Assembly: GCA_951406725.2 (NCBI GenBank)
Contig: OX597816.1
Span: 91,140,001-91,204,000 of the forward strand
DNA length: 64,000 nucleotides
Direction of reading: 5' to 3'
Origin: Octopus vulgaris
Taxonomy: Eukaryota
How positions within the stretch are numbered: position 1 is the stretch's first letter; every line of letters starts with the position of its first letter. Positions 24,547 through 38,810 of the stretch are shown one piece after another. The position numbers and the translations under genes are program-made. The notes under the pieces were generated by a model. That model searched no databases, was not told where the DNA came from, and worked only from the letters and a program-made list of their open reading frames with translations.

Positions 24547-25605
24547 TATCGTTTAGATTTTTATTCGCATATTCGACAACCATGGTTGCCAAACGTGAAC
24601 TTCGATACGGAAAAAAATCACAGCTTTCCGTACCAATAAACCGCTATTGTTCAAGAAAGCTGGTTTTTTAATATTTTCTACAGATTGCTCGAAGCCCACT
24701 TTCTTCCTACACCTCGATCCTTGTGTATATATATATACACCTTCGTATTGTTCGATTTTGTTATGCAAATGTCATCTAACCAGATTTTTACTGTGTTTGT
24801 AAGTGTTTTACAATCATATATACTGTAGCGTTAAATATTTTGTTTATATTTACCATTTAGTCCCATTAAATGTAAGTCGATAAATATCTACCACATCTTT
24901 AAATTTATCTCTACCTCAGTAATGTAGTTCCTTGTATGTCCAAAATGTCATTAAACGTGGGTTTGAATTCAATCTCACAATACAGCGCCTTAGTCTGATT
25001 GGGAACTTCCACCGGGTTGACCAAGCTTGGTCAACTTCTCGAGTTGACCAAGCCTTTGTGGGGGAAAATAGGTAGGCTGAAACTATAGTAGCGTATGAAG
25101 GAAGTGCTTTTGTTGTTGAGCGGTAGATTTAATCGTTATCCAGTTTAGCTGCAGCATCGCGCTCGTAGGTAGCTTTAAGCTCCACTCTGTTGCACGCATT
25201 GAAAGTAGAGCTCCAACTAGAGGATAACTTTCTTCATTGCTCTCATCAGTCTCGGAACACCCTGAAAGGGTCATAGATTAATGCAAGACAAGATGTACAC
25301 CATGTATCGAGCATCTGATTTCCAAGTTTGACTCACAACATATGGAGTGATCCGAGACTGTGGTAAAAACATTTCGGTAAGATACCATTTAGTGGAATGT
25401 AACGTCATTGCGTGATTATTAAGCGAACTTCTTAACCATGTACACTTTCTCTAATATACCACTTTGATTCAGAACCAGTACTGAAAAATGTATTTTTATA
25501 TACATAGTGTTAACACATTCACTACGGTGAGCAAACTAAAATTATTTATGTGGTGAAGAAAAGACAACACTAGAGCAATTACTAATATTACTTTCATGTT
25601 TTCAG

Positions 25606-25762
25606 AAAATATGGGAGAAACTCCAGGCGTGTTTTGGTCTTACATGACCTCATTGACAAAGCTTAAACTTCATTCTACTGTCCAAAATATATCATGCTGT
25701 ACACGACTCAGCTTGAAAATTGGCTTATACACACAAAAAGATAACCTGTGTAAAATACTCAG
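25606..25762 (+). CDS. Candidate exon (NMGETPGVFWSYMTSLTKLKLHS...DNLCKIL)
   Basis: Acceptor ctttcatgttttcag, one open frame, donor ag|gtaac. No homology recognised. Confidence 0.3.
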
Positions 25763-25866
25763 GTAACATCTGCTTGAAAAACAACAGTTACATAAATGAA
25801 AATCGTTAATATTTCTCTCTACCTCTCTTTCTATCTCTCTGTCTTACTCTCTCTTTCTCTCTATCT

Positions 25867-25903
<37 letters not shown>

Positions 25904-26064
25904 CCTCTCCCGGTATATATGTATGTATATGGTGATTCAACGATCCCCCTCACAGCTACACGCACATTTGCGATGTTTTTTCTGTTCTGCTGGTTGCAGG
26001 TCTCCCAGAACGTTCGTCAATAACGAAATTTTTTCGGCCATGTTGGAAACGTCAGAAGCACTCG

Positions 26065-26126
26065 TAACCCCAAGATTCCGAGTTCGATTCCAGGCTGTGA
26101 CCTGAATAATAATAATAATAATAATA

Positions 26127-26186
<60 letters not shown>

Positions 26187-26368
26187 ATAATAATAATAAT
26201 GATGATAATGATAATAAAAATAACGTCGAAAAATACATCAGGAATGAGAACCCAGGTTCGAAATTTCCCCAAGACACCTGATGAAGGCTTGGAGGGTATA
26301 TCAGCCGAAACGTTGTGTTAACAACAAAGATGAAGGCAAATATCCGTCAAATGTAAATAATGTAAATT
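26065..26368 (+). mobile_element. 5'-truncated PLE 3' cassette: partial tRNA-like head, (AAT/GAT)n, hammerhead, tail
   Basis: Colinear with the reverse complement of 4952-5150. Confidence 0.85.
26273..26319 (+). ncRNA. Minimal type-I hammerhead ribozyme with intact core
   Basis: GACAC-CTGATGA-A-GGCT...AGCC-GAAA-CG-TT-GTGTT. Confidence 0.85.
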
Positions 26369-27384
26369 TAAAATGTTTGTGCAAACTATGCTGCTCTGCT
26401 GATTACTTAGTCGATCGATTAATTAATAAATTAACAGGAAATCAAACTTAGAAAGTTCGCTGTAATTTTCATTACAATGAATTGAATAACTTCGATAGAA
26501 CACATCAGACTGATAGTTTATTTCGCTTCTTGCTTTAATTTTAATTCACCTAGATCATCAACTGTAATGTTTAAACTAACCTTAGAGAACACTTTAAACT
26601 GTCTCTCTGCTTCAGTTGAACTAGTATATACACCACGCTGTTTGCTAATATGTCATTTCTGTTGGTTCCTCCCCTTTTCTCTCTAAAATCCTTGGTTTCT
26701 TTGATCTATTAATTGTTTCACCTAATTAAAGATTATGCTGTCAGACTTCCCTGAGTCGTTCATGTGATTTAGGTTTATTAGAAAATAGCTCGATTCACGG
26801 TTAATTATATATTTAGTTACAGCTCCTTTCAAAGTAAGCCTGATTTAAAACATTTTGGGTAATAAGCAATAATCGTGTATATTAAGCCAACAGCCCAGAA
26901 GAGCGAGCGGGAAAGTGAGGGGCATTGTAAGAATAAGGCTGAAAGACGCTGCTGAAATTCGGTTGACATAAAGTATTTTACTGCTTTCAGTTTAAGATTT
27001 CAAAACTAACCTGCAAAGCTATTTAAATATACAAAACAAAATAAATGCTTCATGAATACTCTCCTACGCTTTATCTCGTTTTAAATTTATTTATATGAAC
27101 CCGTACACAGCACACACACACGCACGCATAGTGTCATTATTCATCCTCACCAACATCATCACCGTCATCATTTTTAAATCGTTCTTTTTCGATTCTGACA
27201 AAGATTGGACGACACCTCTGGTGGCAGTACCATACTACGGGATGCACTTCCTGACATTAACATTTATTAGTTTTCGAATAAGGTACTTTTCCCCCTGAGC
27301 TGCAAGAAATTATTTAAGCACTTTCAGGGCAATAACGAGTTATTACCCTTTGACTATCATTGTCTCAAATCGTGAAGAAAAAAA

Positions 27385-27428
<44 letters not shown>

Positions 27429-27789
27429 AAAAATCGCAATAAGATAAATGTGTAAAGTTGGGTTAGGGAAGATTAATACATTTATGTGCGGAAGGAAATA
27501 TATAGGCAGCAGGGAAATAGTAATGAATATATGGTAAAACAAATATATTAGATGGAAGAGAGAAAGTGTGAGAGAGGTAGGGGAAATAGAACAAGGTGAA
27601 AGAACCTAAAATGAAGCTATTACAGATATCTGCGTGGTTTTGTTTTAGTCTGGTGGAGGCGGTTTTTCTCAGTTTTCCATCTTGCTTTATTTCCTCTTCC
27701 ATACCCCTCATCTCATTCATCTAATATATTGTTTTCTAGTATACTCACTACTCCAACTCAACTCCTCATTTTATTCCTTTCTCTTAATA

Positions 27790-28060
27790 TCATTTATCCC
27801 CCTTTGATTCTTCCACAAAAGAGCATGTCTGCATTTACCGAATAGTTCTGATCTGATGTTTAAATATAGCTCCTTGATATAGAGGATCGTGAAGAGTCTT
27901 CTTTTCACTGCCGTACACAGATCAAATGCTTTATAGGTTTGATTTCTACAATTGTATGTGCTTTCGGTTTTGTTGGTGGATACACGCGATATTATTTTTC
28001 TGTTGTTTGTGGGGCTTAGTTTGCCGGTCAACATTTATCTCCGGTCTTGCTATTTCTCTT
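27790..28060 (-). pseudogene. PLE (Naiad-like) endonuclease C-terminal fragment
   Basis: DLCTAVKR...LNIRSELFGKCRH resembles the CxLC...LNKRSELxSKCRH terminus. Confidence 0.65.
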
Positions 28061-28235
28061 TCTATATCCATTCAGGATTTCTTCTAGGCGTTATCCATCA
28101 GTCACGTGTTTGGCCGAAAGGCCGTATTTATTCCTTCCTCTATCGTTTTAAATTACATTTGTTTACCTTCGTACGTCCACCCTGTATTGTTTTGTTTGCT
28201 CGAGCCCTAATTCTCCGCAAACTTTTCGGGTGCCG

Positions 28236-28273
<38 letters not shown>

Positions 28274-28389
28274 TTAAATACTTCAAAACGTACACGTAGA
28301 ACAAACATCCTAATTCTTCATCAATTATCAACCAAAATACTAATACTGAGTTCCTTGCCTTTAACGATAAGACTGATACATATATATAT

Positions 28390-28820
28390 CCCTCCTTCCC
28401 TCTTCCCCTTCCCTCTGCTCCCTCACTCCCCTTCTCTCTCTCTCCCTCTTTCCTCCTTCCTCCTCCCCTCCTCCTCCCCTTCCTTCTCCCCCCCCTCTCC
28501 TCCCCTCCCCTCCCCTCTCCTCCCCATCCCCCTCTTCTCCTCTCTCCACACTACACCACACGACTTTACACATCACATCAAAAATGATGTGCCATACTAA
28601 TACATACACCAACTAATACATACTAATACGTAGTAATACATACTAATACATACTAATACATACTAATACATACACCAACCCTATACATACGCACGTCCAG
28701 ACCTCTCATACGCACTAATACTCTCTCATACACACACACCCTTATACATACTAATACATACTAATACATACACCAACCCTATACATACACACGTCCAGAC
28801 CTCTCATACGCACTAATAGC
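28390..28820. repeat. Polypyrimidine tract followed by (TACATACTAA)n and a local tandem duplication
   Basis: Directly visible; caccaaccctatacatac...gtccagacctctcatacgcactaata occurs twice. Confidence 0.85.
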
Positions 28821-28859
28821 TGGTCATTCAACCCTATTATCAACCCTATTATCTCCCCT

Positions 28860-29122
28860 TATTTCGCTCTCGCGTCTCATGTTTGATCTTTGACCTCTGG
28901 CCGAAATCAGATCGCCATGTTGATTCGTTAGTTACTGCACGCATTTTTTTTTCTCTCCTTCTTTCTGTGTTTTTTTCTCTCTGTGTATCTTTCTGTTGAA
29001 GAGCGTAGGCTCGAAACGTTAAAGACTTGTTTTATTTATATTTCCTGAGCGCCATACTAATACAATTGTTTGTTTGTTTCCCACCTGCCTTCGTCTTTTG
29101 TCTATTTTCATAAAGCTTCCCG

Positions 29123-29124
<2 letters not shown>
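28860..29124 (+). mobile_element. Family-B-related short element with hammerhead (28988-29025)
   Basis: TCTTT-CTGTTGA-A-GAGC-gtag-GCTC-GAAA-CG-TT-AAAGA, followed by ttcctgagcgcca as in family B; ends in (TA)n. Confidence 0.75.
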
Positions 29125-29159
<35 letters not shown>

Positions 29160-29182
<23 letters not shown>

Positions 29183-29330
29183 GAGGGGCTTCTTTCTGTT
29201 TCCGTCTTCCAAGTTCACTCACAAGGCTTTGGTCGGCCCGAAGTTATAGTAGAAGACACTTGCTACTCAGTGGGGACTGGATCCGGAACGATATGGTTGG
29301 GAAGTAAGCTTCCTACTACATAGCCACGTA
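29160..29330 (-). mobile_element. SINE family 2, head
   Basis: Matches 34760-34925. Confidence 0.75.
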
Positions 29331-29394
29331 ACTGAATTTTACATACAGGTATGTATGCAATCATGCATTCATGGATGATTTGTTGGATGCGCCT

Positions 29395-29440
<46 letters not shown>

Positions 29441-29720
29441 TCACACACACTCACTCGCACGCGCGCGCACACACAAATTTGTACAACTCATTGCATGTGT
29501 ATTTACGTATGTGTTGACGTATGGATATGTTTATAAGACTTTCTGAATGGCACACCTAGCGAATTATTTCCTCGAATTCTTTTAGCAGTGCGGTCCGCCT
29601 GATGATGAGTCATGTCTCATACGTCCGCTTCGCGGAAAAAAAGGTTGTTCATGCCTTAGATTCAAAATACCATAAACAATTGAGGAAGAGAAGCATTATG
29701 TTTAGGTTAGCTCCCTTTGC

Positions 29721-29794
<74 letters not shown>

Positions 29795-30112
29795 AAGAGT
29801 GAGAGGGAGGGGGAGAGAGGTGGTGAGAGGCCAGAGAGGGAGAGATAGAATGACAAATAGACAGACAGGGAGGAAAACGTCAATTTGTTTTCAAGAATAT
29901 ATAAATTGAGATTAGTCAGAGATAGGGAGATGGGGTTAAATAAACAAGGTCGAGGGACAAGCAACAGGTGTTATTGAAGAGGGTCAAGGGTACGAACAAG
30001 AAGAAAATGTAAGATTAAAAGGGATGCCAGCAGATTTGCGAAAGACTTTGAAGGGAAGAACATGACGGAAGCACACGGAAACATACACAAGTACACACAC
30101 ACACACACACGC

Positions 30113-30173
<61 letters not shown>

Positions 30174-30344
30174 TAGATATTCAAAAGATCAGAAACTGAA
30201 TTTCTCTGAAAATGTTTGTTGTACAAACAAGTGTTAATACTCAATGTGTATGTAAAAAATTCATTCAGGAAATTTGTGTATATAACGATTAAATAAAATA
30301 CACTGGTCAACTAGACACATTGCAATACTTATCAATATCTATAG

Positions 30345-30555
30345 AAATATTGATTTCAAATTTTGGCTCAAGACAAGGAATTTCAAGAGAGGGATTAAAT
30401 CAATTACATTGACCCAGTGTTCAACTGGTACGTATTTCATCGACCGCCAAAAGCTGAAGGCAAAGTCGACCTCGGCGGAATTTGAACATAAAGACGTACG
30501 AAATGCCGATAAGCATTTTGCCCGGCGTGCTAACGATTCTGCCAACTTACCACCC
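30345..30555 (-). mobile_element. SINE family 1
   Basis: Reverse complement of the family-1 sequence (aaggcaaagtcgacctcggcggaatttgaac). Confidence 0.85.
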
Positions 30556-30731
30556 CTAATATCTTTAGGAATATTAACATTATTGATGTCCCGGCAATCT
30601 ACATGCTGATCTTGTATCGAGAAAAACATGATTTAAATCTCTGAGCGAGAGAAATGCAGTAACAATACCGGATAGTAATGCTGATATGCCAACATAACAT
30701 ACATACTGCATACACATACATGCATTCGTAC

Positions 30732-30798
<67 letters not shown>

Positions 30799-32186
30799 TA
30801 CATGCATGTGTGTGTGTGTGTGTGTGTGTGTGCCTAGATTTGTGGTTGTCCATTGAATTTAATGGTGAGGGACCATCTTCGGTTGTAAACAAGGCATGTG
30901 AAGAATGTTCGACTGGAGAGATCAGGTATTAATCTACGTGCACGTTCCCTTTCTAGCTTCTCATTATAGTGCTGAATGTGTTTCTCCGCCAGCAGTGAGA
31001 AGTCTGCTCCTATTCAATTTGGTCGTCAGCCGGTCCTCCAGCCATGCGATGATCATCAAGATGGACATAAAGAATCCTCAGAGAAGAAGTGAGTTAGATA
31101 TGAACTCTTTATGTCTGCCACATCTCAACTGAAGTCTATATAACATGGGTTCGTTGCCACTGGTGTTCGTTCGTCGTCAGTGACATGGAATTTAGTCCTA
31201 GGGACAACTTCGAACGTGTTGTTGGAGATGAAGGAATAAGCGTAACGTACAATGTGGTACAATTCAAAGGTAACAGGTTGAGTATTACAGAAGGAAAATG
31301 AGCTTCTAAGAGATCTTGCAATATTGTTTTCTTTTTCAAAGAGAGGAGGGGAGAATTTGGCTGTTCCTTGAGGAACTAAAGAACAAGTATTAGGTCGTAG
31401 AAAATGGTACTCAGCCTTCGGTTGTGTGCATTTGAGATAAAAGTAAATAGATTTTTTTCAAAGCTCTGGGCACATTGGACTTACGATCCTGGTTAACCGC
31501 ATGCGGTTGGAATACCGATACTGGTTTACCTTGTGCGAGGTAGAAATGGCGCATTTTATCAGGTTTGGTAAGAAAACCGGAGACTTCATATCGAGTAAAA
31601 ACCCGAGTTTCTGTACCGTCGTAGGAGTCGAAAAAGTTGGAAGACTGGGACAACAGTTTTAGTATATAAAGAGCGAGACGAGGGAAGCAGTGAATGTAGG
31701 AGTGTGAACCAATTGGTTTATAATGAGCAAAGATGGAAATGCGAAGGCTATCAATAATGACAGAGATATCGAAGACTACATAGCAGATGGTGAAGTAAAA
31801 CAGATACAGTTATCGGATGCAATGGCCGTGGCATTAGCAAAATTATAGACCTCAAATATGGTTCACGAAGATATGAAACTTTATCATCGGGAAACTATAA
31901 AATACAATACAAAATATATGCATTAAGATGTTTTCATTACTGGTGTACACCTAAAGTAATTATCATTGTACACCCGCTATCAAAATATACAGGCTATTTC
32001 AAATTTACTTTTGTTGAATTCATATATACAAGTATGTATGCGTTTTGTTTAGTACATACACACATGCATTTATATATATATACATACCCAAGAGGCTATA
32101 GAAGTGGACACCTAAAATGTTTTGCATCGAAATTCAAGTGTTAGGTCGTAGAAAATTTACTCTGTCTTTGGTTGTATGCCTCTGAC

Positions 32187-32188
<2 letters not shown>

Positions 32189-32281
<93 letters not shown>
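32189..32281. repeat. (TATC)n microsatellite
   Basis: Directly visible. Confidence 0.95.
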
Positions 32282-32554
32282 GTGTGTGTATGTATTCCTT
32301 TACAAATTAGAAACAACGCTAGTATTGTAAACATTAAAGACCGCACATACTCAATGCGTTTTGTTTATTCACTGGTACACTTTGATTTAGCGCGATGAGA
32401 ACGACTCTTTCAAAGCATTGGGTGTTAAAACCTCTGAAAGACAATTCGCCACTGATCCCAGAAGTGATGGATACCTATATTTAACAAAAATATGTTTACT
32501 ATGAACTTCCGGTAACGCATGCCCAATGATACACAGTGACCAGCCGGAGTTAGG

Positions 32555-33025
32555 TGCTCCATACCCGAATACGTTTCCTTATAACTTTCAGAAAAATAGA
32601 CTTTTTAAATGAAGTTTTCTACTGATATGATTCAGCTGGTGAAGATTCCGATTATATCATAATTTATTTCGAAATAAATTTTCAAAAAAAAAAAATGCAA
32701 AACTGTGACATGTGTCAATATGTATGTGTGCTATCTCTCCAATTTTTATTTTATATTAAATTCCGATATAATCGTAATCTAGATACTCTGAAAGGTATTT
32801 GACGTAATTTTCTTTTAATGGTACTAATTTATTCAGTACTAAGTTATGAGGAAACAAATCCAACACGCGGGAATTTTCTGAAATTCCTCTTTCCACTCCC
32901 CGACTACATTTTTTTTTCCACAATGAATTCAGATATACGCCATCTAAAGTATATTTCTTGAAAATTTCAATACAAAATATACATTTTTCTGAAAATTATA
33001 AAGAAATAAAGTCGGTGGGGTACAT
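32555..33025. mobile_element. Non-autonomous DNA element with imperfect inverted repeats
   Basis: tttccttataactttcagaaaaat (about 32576) is inverted to atttttctgaaaattataaagaaa (about 32982). Confidence 0.5.
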
Positions 33026-33425
33026 CTGTGTATGTGTGCCTATTGCTTTAACATAAATGATGGTAACATTATTTTGTTATTAAATATCTACGAATCAAAT
33101 TACTTCGTTTCACTTTCATTTTGTATGCAACAAGATTTAGTGACATAACTGCATGCTATACATAAACAAAACATACACTTCTTCCGTTCGGTTTGCATGA
33201 AAAGGGTGACAATAATGTGAATGAGATGGGCTCAAATTTCACATGTAAATATATATACATACAAACATGCATATATACATATATATATGCATGTATGCAT
33301 CTTTCTTTCCTTTCCTTAGCGTCTGCTAATACATTAGATGTACCACGTCCTCGCGTTGTTGCTTTTTCCTGTTTGTTCTTTTTGGGGATTTATTCCACAC
33401 ACACATATATATATATATATACACG

Positions 33426-33462
<37 letters not shown>

Positions 33463-33673
33463 GTGTGTGTATGTGTATATTTATATATATATATATATAT
33501 ATGTATATTTAAATATGTATATATATATTTTTTCAGGCTTAAATAAAAAGACAACAAACGGAAAATATGACATACCTATATGTGTGTGTGTGTGTGTCTG
33601 TGTACGTGTGTGTGTCTGTGTATCTGTGTGCGTGCGTGTGTGTGTGTGTGTATAAATACACACACATACATAT

Positions 33674-33724
<51 letters not shown>

Positions 33725-34353
33725 CAGATATATACCTTCGCTCACACTCACAACGAAGTTTACTATAGAAGAAATATGAATGACAACCATAGAAATTTGG
33801 TTTATTCTGATTATTTCAAATATATTCAAAGTACATGTTAGGGTTGCACCCGGATAGTTTGTATGACATTGAAATTGCATATTTATGTGTGCGCAGGCGC
33901 ATATAATCATGCATACATACATTCCCACTCCGTCTACGTATACATGCCAACACACCCACACCCACACCCGCCGTTTCATACGCCCTTCAGACTACCTCTC
34001 AAACCCCCTTCAAACAGCCCCGACTCACTACTGACCATCCCATCTACGCACACGTGCAAAAACACACATACACATACACTGCCATAACCACCCATACATA
34101 CACCTGTCACCATAGCTGGTTTGAAAACTAAATTCGGATTTTTGTTAAAATCTCAGTTTATTGATTATTGTCATATTATTTTAATACGCCTGAAATTTTC
34201 TAAATAACCAAATAAATATGTTTGAGATGAAATAGAAACAATGCACACTGTTTCTAGTATCTAAAATATAATATTTATTCCTTCGAAAACTAAGTTGCTT
34301 ATCATTTATTTATTCACGGTTGGTAAACTTGTTCATCCATATTTTCATTCACT

Positions 34354-34925
<572 letters not shown>

Positions 34926-35490
34926 TTATGTAGACATGTATTTTTGTTTTGACCATTTGTGGTATTTGTGTTTTTCTGTGGGTTTCTCTGAGCGTCTTCT
35001 TAATCGCTACGTGCTGCGTTTTGTGACTATGTGTTTTATTTAGGGATGTGTTCTGTAAACGTCTCTATGTAAGTGTGAATCTATTTCCATATGTTTGTGC
35101 GTGTTTATTAGTGGTGTGTGTTTATGCTTGTGTTCCTGGGTTTGGATGAGTGTATTTACCGATGCATGCGAGCACCCCCTTCCGCTTACCTTAACTCATT
35201 TTCTCTCCTCCCACTATCGTTACCATTTCTATTTTGTAACTCCTCCCTTCTGACAATTACCTCTCTTCTCTCTCTCTCTCTCTCTCCCTCTCTCTTTCTC
35301 TCTTTCTCTTTCTTACTCATTCACTCTCTTTTGTGCCCTTCATTGTTTCCTGTCTTTTTCTGTCTTCCTTTCTCCTGTTACAAAATTTAGCGGGACACAA
35401 AATAAATGAATTTACATATAACCAGAGAACGAAGTTTATTACAGTATATGTGTGGGTACACACACACACAAACACAAACATGTATGTGTG

Positions 35491-35834
<344 letters not shown>

Positions 35835-35835
<1 letters not shown>

Positions 35836-36025
35836 TCTTTTGTTTCAGTTATTAGACTGCGGCCATACTGGGGCACGACTCTGAAGAATTTTAGTCGAAT
35901 GAATTGACTCCGGTATTTTTTTACTTTTTTAAGCCTGGTTCTTATTCTAGCGTTCTCTTTTGCCGAACCGCTGTGTTACGGAGACGAAGACAAATCAACG
36001 GTGGTTGTCAACCGGTGATGAGGGA

Positions 36026-36099
<74 letters not shown>

Positions 36100-36167
36100 G
36101 TGAGACTGAACCCGGAACTATGAGGCTGAACAGTAAGCTTCTTACCATACAGCCACTCCTGTGCCTA
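35835..36167 (-). mobile_element. SINE family 2, internally deleted
   Basis: 3' body, (CA)n and partial head. Confidence 0.8.
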
Positions 36168-36269
36168 TAAAAAATAATGAAGTTAATTAAGTTGGGTCAG
36201 CCAGAAATCGAACTCGGTCTGCCCGCGTGCATTCTGCCATTGAACTACATGTTCTTTTTTTTTTCATTT

Positions 36270-36511
36270 TTTCTTCTATTTGTTTCAGACATTTGACTGC
36301 GGCCATGCTAGAATAACGCCTTTAGCCGAGCAAATCGCCCCCAGGACTTATTCTTTGTTAGCCTAGTACTTATTCTATCGGTCTCTATTGCCAAACCGCT
36401 ACCTTATGGGGACGTCAACATACCAACATCGATTGTCAATCGATGGTGGGTGAAAAGAGACAATATATATATACATACATACATACATACATACATACAT
36501 ACATACATACA

Positions 36512-36547
<36 letters not shown>

Positions 36548-36811
36548 TATACATACATACATATATATATTTACATATATATATATACATATATATATAT
36601 ATACATTCAAAATGTGACCGCGTGTGTACCGCTGGCGATTTTTTTCCTCTGTCTTCCCTCCTCTGGATCTTTCCTTCTATGTTTCCGACGAAGAGCTCCG
36701 CTCGAAACTTTAGACCCTCCTTCTTTCTTTCTTTCCTGAGCGTTCAATAATACTATATTTGTTCCACGTCCTCGCGTTGTTGTGTTTTTTTGTGCTTTCA
36801 TGTTTGGATTA

Positions 36812-36868
<57 letters not shown>

Positions 36869-36970
36869 GACGCGCTTCTTTCAGTTTCCGTCTACCAAAT
36901 ACACTCACAAGGCTTTGGTGGGCCCGAGGCTATAGTAGAAAACACACTTGCCCAAGGTACCACGCAGTAA
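36270..36970 (-). mobile_element. SINE family 2 interrupted in its internal microsatellite by a family-B element
   Basis: The 3' body (36270-36460) and head (36865-36970) flank 36604-36814. Confidence 0.8.
36604..36814 (+). mobile_element. Family-B ~210-bp element with hammerhead (36681-36715)
   Basis: GTTT-CCGACGA-A-GAGC-tcc-GCTC-GAAA-CT-TT-AGAC; flanked by TA-rich microsatellite. Confidence 0.8.
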
Positions 36971-37059
36971 CACATAATACACACACATGCACACACACAC
37001 ATACATATATGCATGTATATATGTGTATGTGTGTGTTTGTGTGTGTGAGTGTGCGTGCG

Positions 37060-38492
37060 AGAGCGTGCGAACTCGAGTCTACATTTGTTCTCTCGCACTG
37101 ATTAGCAGCTGATGGGTTGTTTAGGGCCCCGTAACTAAGCGGTTTGAGAAAGCGACAGCTAGAGACTGTACCAGACTTCAAGTAATTATACTGAGGTAGG
37201 TCTCACGTAACAAACCATTCTAGGAACATGCTAGTTCCTAGTAAGGCTGCAGTCTAATGACTGAAACAATTAAACGAAAAACACATGTTGATTTCTAACA
37301 TTGGCACAAAGTAACACGTTTAAATGAGAGTTTAGTTAATTAAACTGGAGAAGGCACTTGACTGGTACTCTATGTTATCGATCTCAGAAAGAATGAAAGT
37401 TAAATTCGATTTCAGCATTATTTAACCTTAGAAAGGACATAACAGAATAAAAGGTGGCGTGGTGGCAGAAACGTTAGCACGCCGGGCGAAATGCTTCTCG
37501 GTATTTTGTCTGCCGTTACGTTCTGAGTTCAAATTCCGCCGAGGTCGACTTTGCCTTTCATCCTTTTGGGGTCGATAAATTAAGTACCAGTTATGCACTG
37601 GGGTCGATGTAATCAACTTAATCCGTTTGTTTGTCCTTGTTTGTCCTCTCTGTGTTTAGCCCCTTGTGGGTAGTAAAGAAATAGAAGGGACATAACAAAA
37701 TATCACAGGGCAAGTTGCTGTTTTATTGATTCACCCACTCTACTGTATTTAGTCAGGGACCGCTTAGCTTAATGGTACAGAGCACTCAGCCAGTATCTGT
37801 GAGGTATGTGGTTCGATTCTCCGTAACTGCCAGGTGACTTTCTTTGTTTTAGGCGAATAACCAAGGAGCAGTTGAACACCGGGGTCGATGTTATCGACTT
37901 ATACCACTCCCTTGAACTTGTTGGCTTTGTGCCGAAGTCTGAAACTAATATATACTGATATCTAAAGCGACTAACTGGCAGGATCATTACCGCATCTGAA
38001 GAAATGCTGTCTTTACGTTCTGAGTTCAAATTCCGGCGAGGTCGACTTTGTCTTTCGCCCTACTCTGATCGATAAAATAATACCGTTTGAGTGTACTGGG
38101 TCGAAATAACCGACTTGTTCCCCCCCCCCCCCAGAAATTGATGGCCTTGTGACAAAATTTGAAATCAATACATTACTGATATCTAACATTGGTACAAAAC
38201 CATATGTTATGAGGAGACATTGGAGTCAATTATATTACATTTAGTAGATAATTATATTACACCTAGTAGATAATTGGTAAATTAATTTATCGACCTCGAA
38301 GAGGGAAAGGAAAATGGGATAAAACAGGAATCAAATCTATATCTCAAGTTCGAGGCCAGTCATATGGCGCTCACCATGTGTGTGTGTGTGTGTGTGTATG
38401 TATGTACGTGTGCATGTATGTGTGTATGTATGTATGCACATATACCACATATGCACAGACACATACACATACATACATATGCATATATTTAC

Positions 38493-38523
<31 letters not shown>

Positions 38524-38810
38524 CATACACATAAACATATCCGTGTTATATGCATGAGTCTTTGTGTCTGTGTTTGTCACTGCTTAACACCCTCTGTTGG
38601 TATATGTCTCCATCACATAGGGGTTCGGCTGATAGTAGCCGATAGACTTAAAGAAAATACTGAGGTTGATTTGAGGGAGTAAACTTTTCAATGTGGTGTC
38701 CCAGTATGGCCACAGACCATTGACCGAGAGAAATAAAAGTAACTGAAAATGTCACGTTGGTTTCTAACATTGGCACAAAAATAGAGTAGGAGTTTAGTAA
38801 CTCTACAGAG
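37060..38810. mobile_element. Cluster of family-1 and family-2 SINEs in both orientations
   Basis: Well-preserved family-1 copy at 37452-37690, others at 37745-37950 and 37965-38170; family-2 3' halves at 37060-37280 and 38565-38745. Confidence 0.8.

Noticed and set aside
25190-25255. CTGATGA-GAGC...GCTC on the - strand
   Set aside because: No GAAA after the stem and no cleavage-site or stem I pairing.
27400-27790. SECIS or hammerhead downstream of the Naiad-like endonuclease fragment
   Set aside because: Neither motif could be identified by eye.
28597-28820. Repeat array as a possible CRISPR
   Set aside because: Simple tandem units without unique spacers, in a eukaryotic context with no cas genes.
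29599-29625. CTGATGA-TGAG...CTCA motif, also near 8388
   Set aside because: Part of a hAT MITE and lacks GAAA and stem III.
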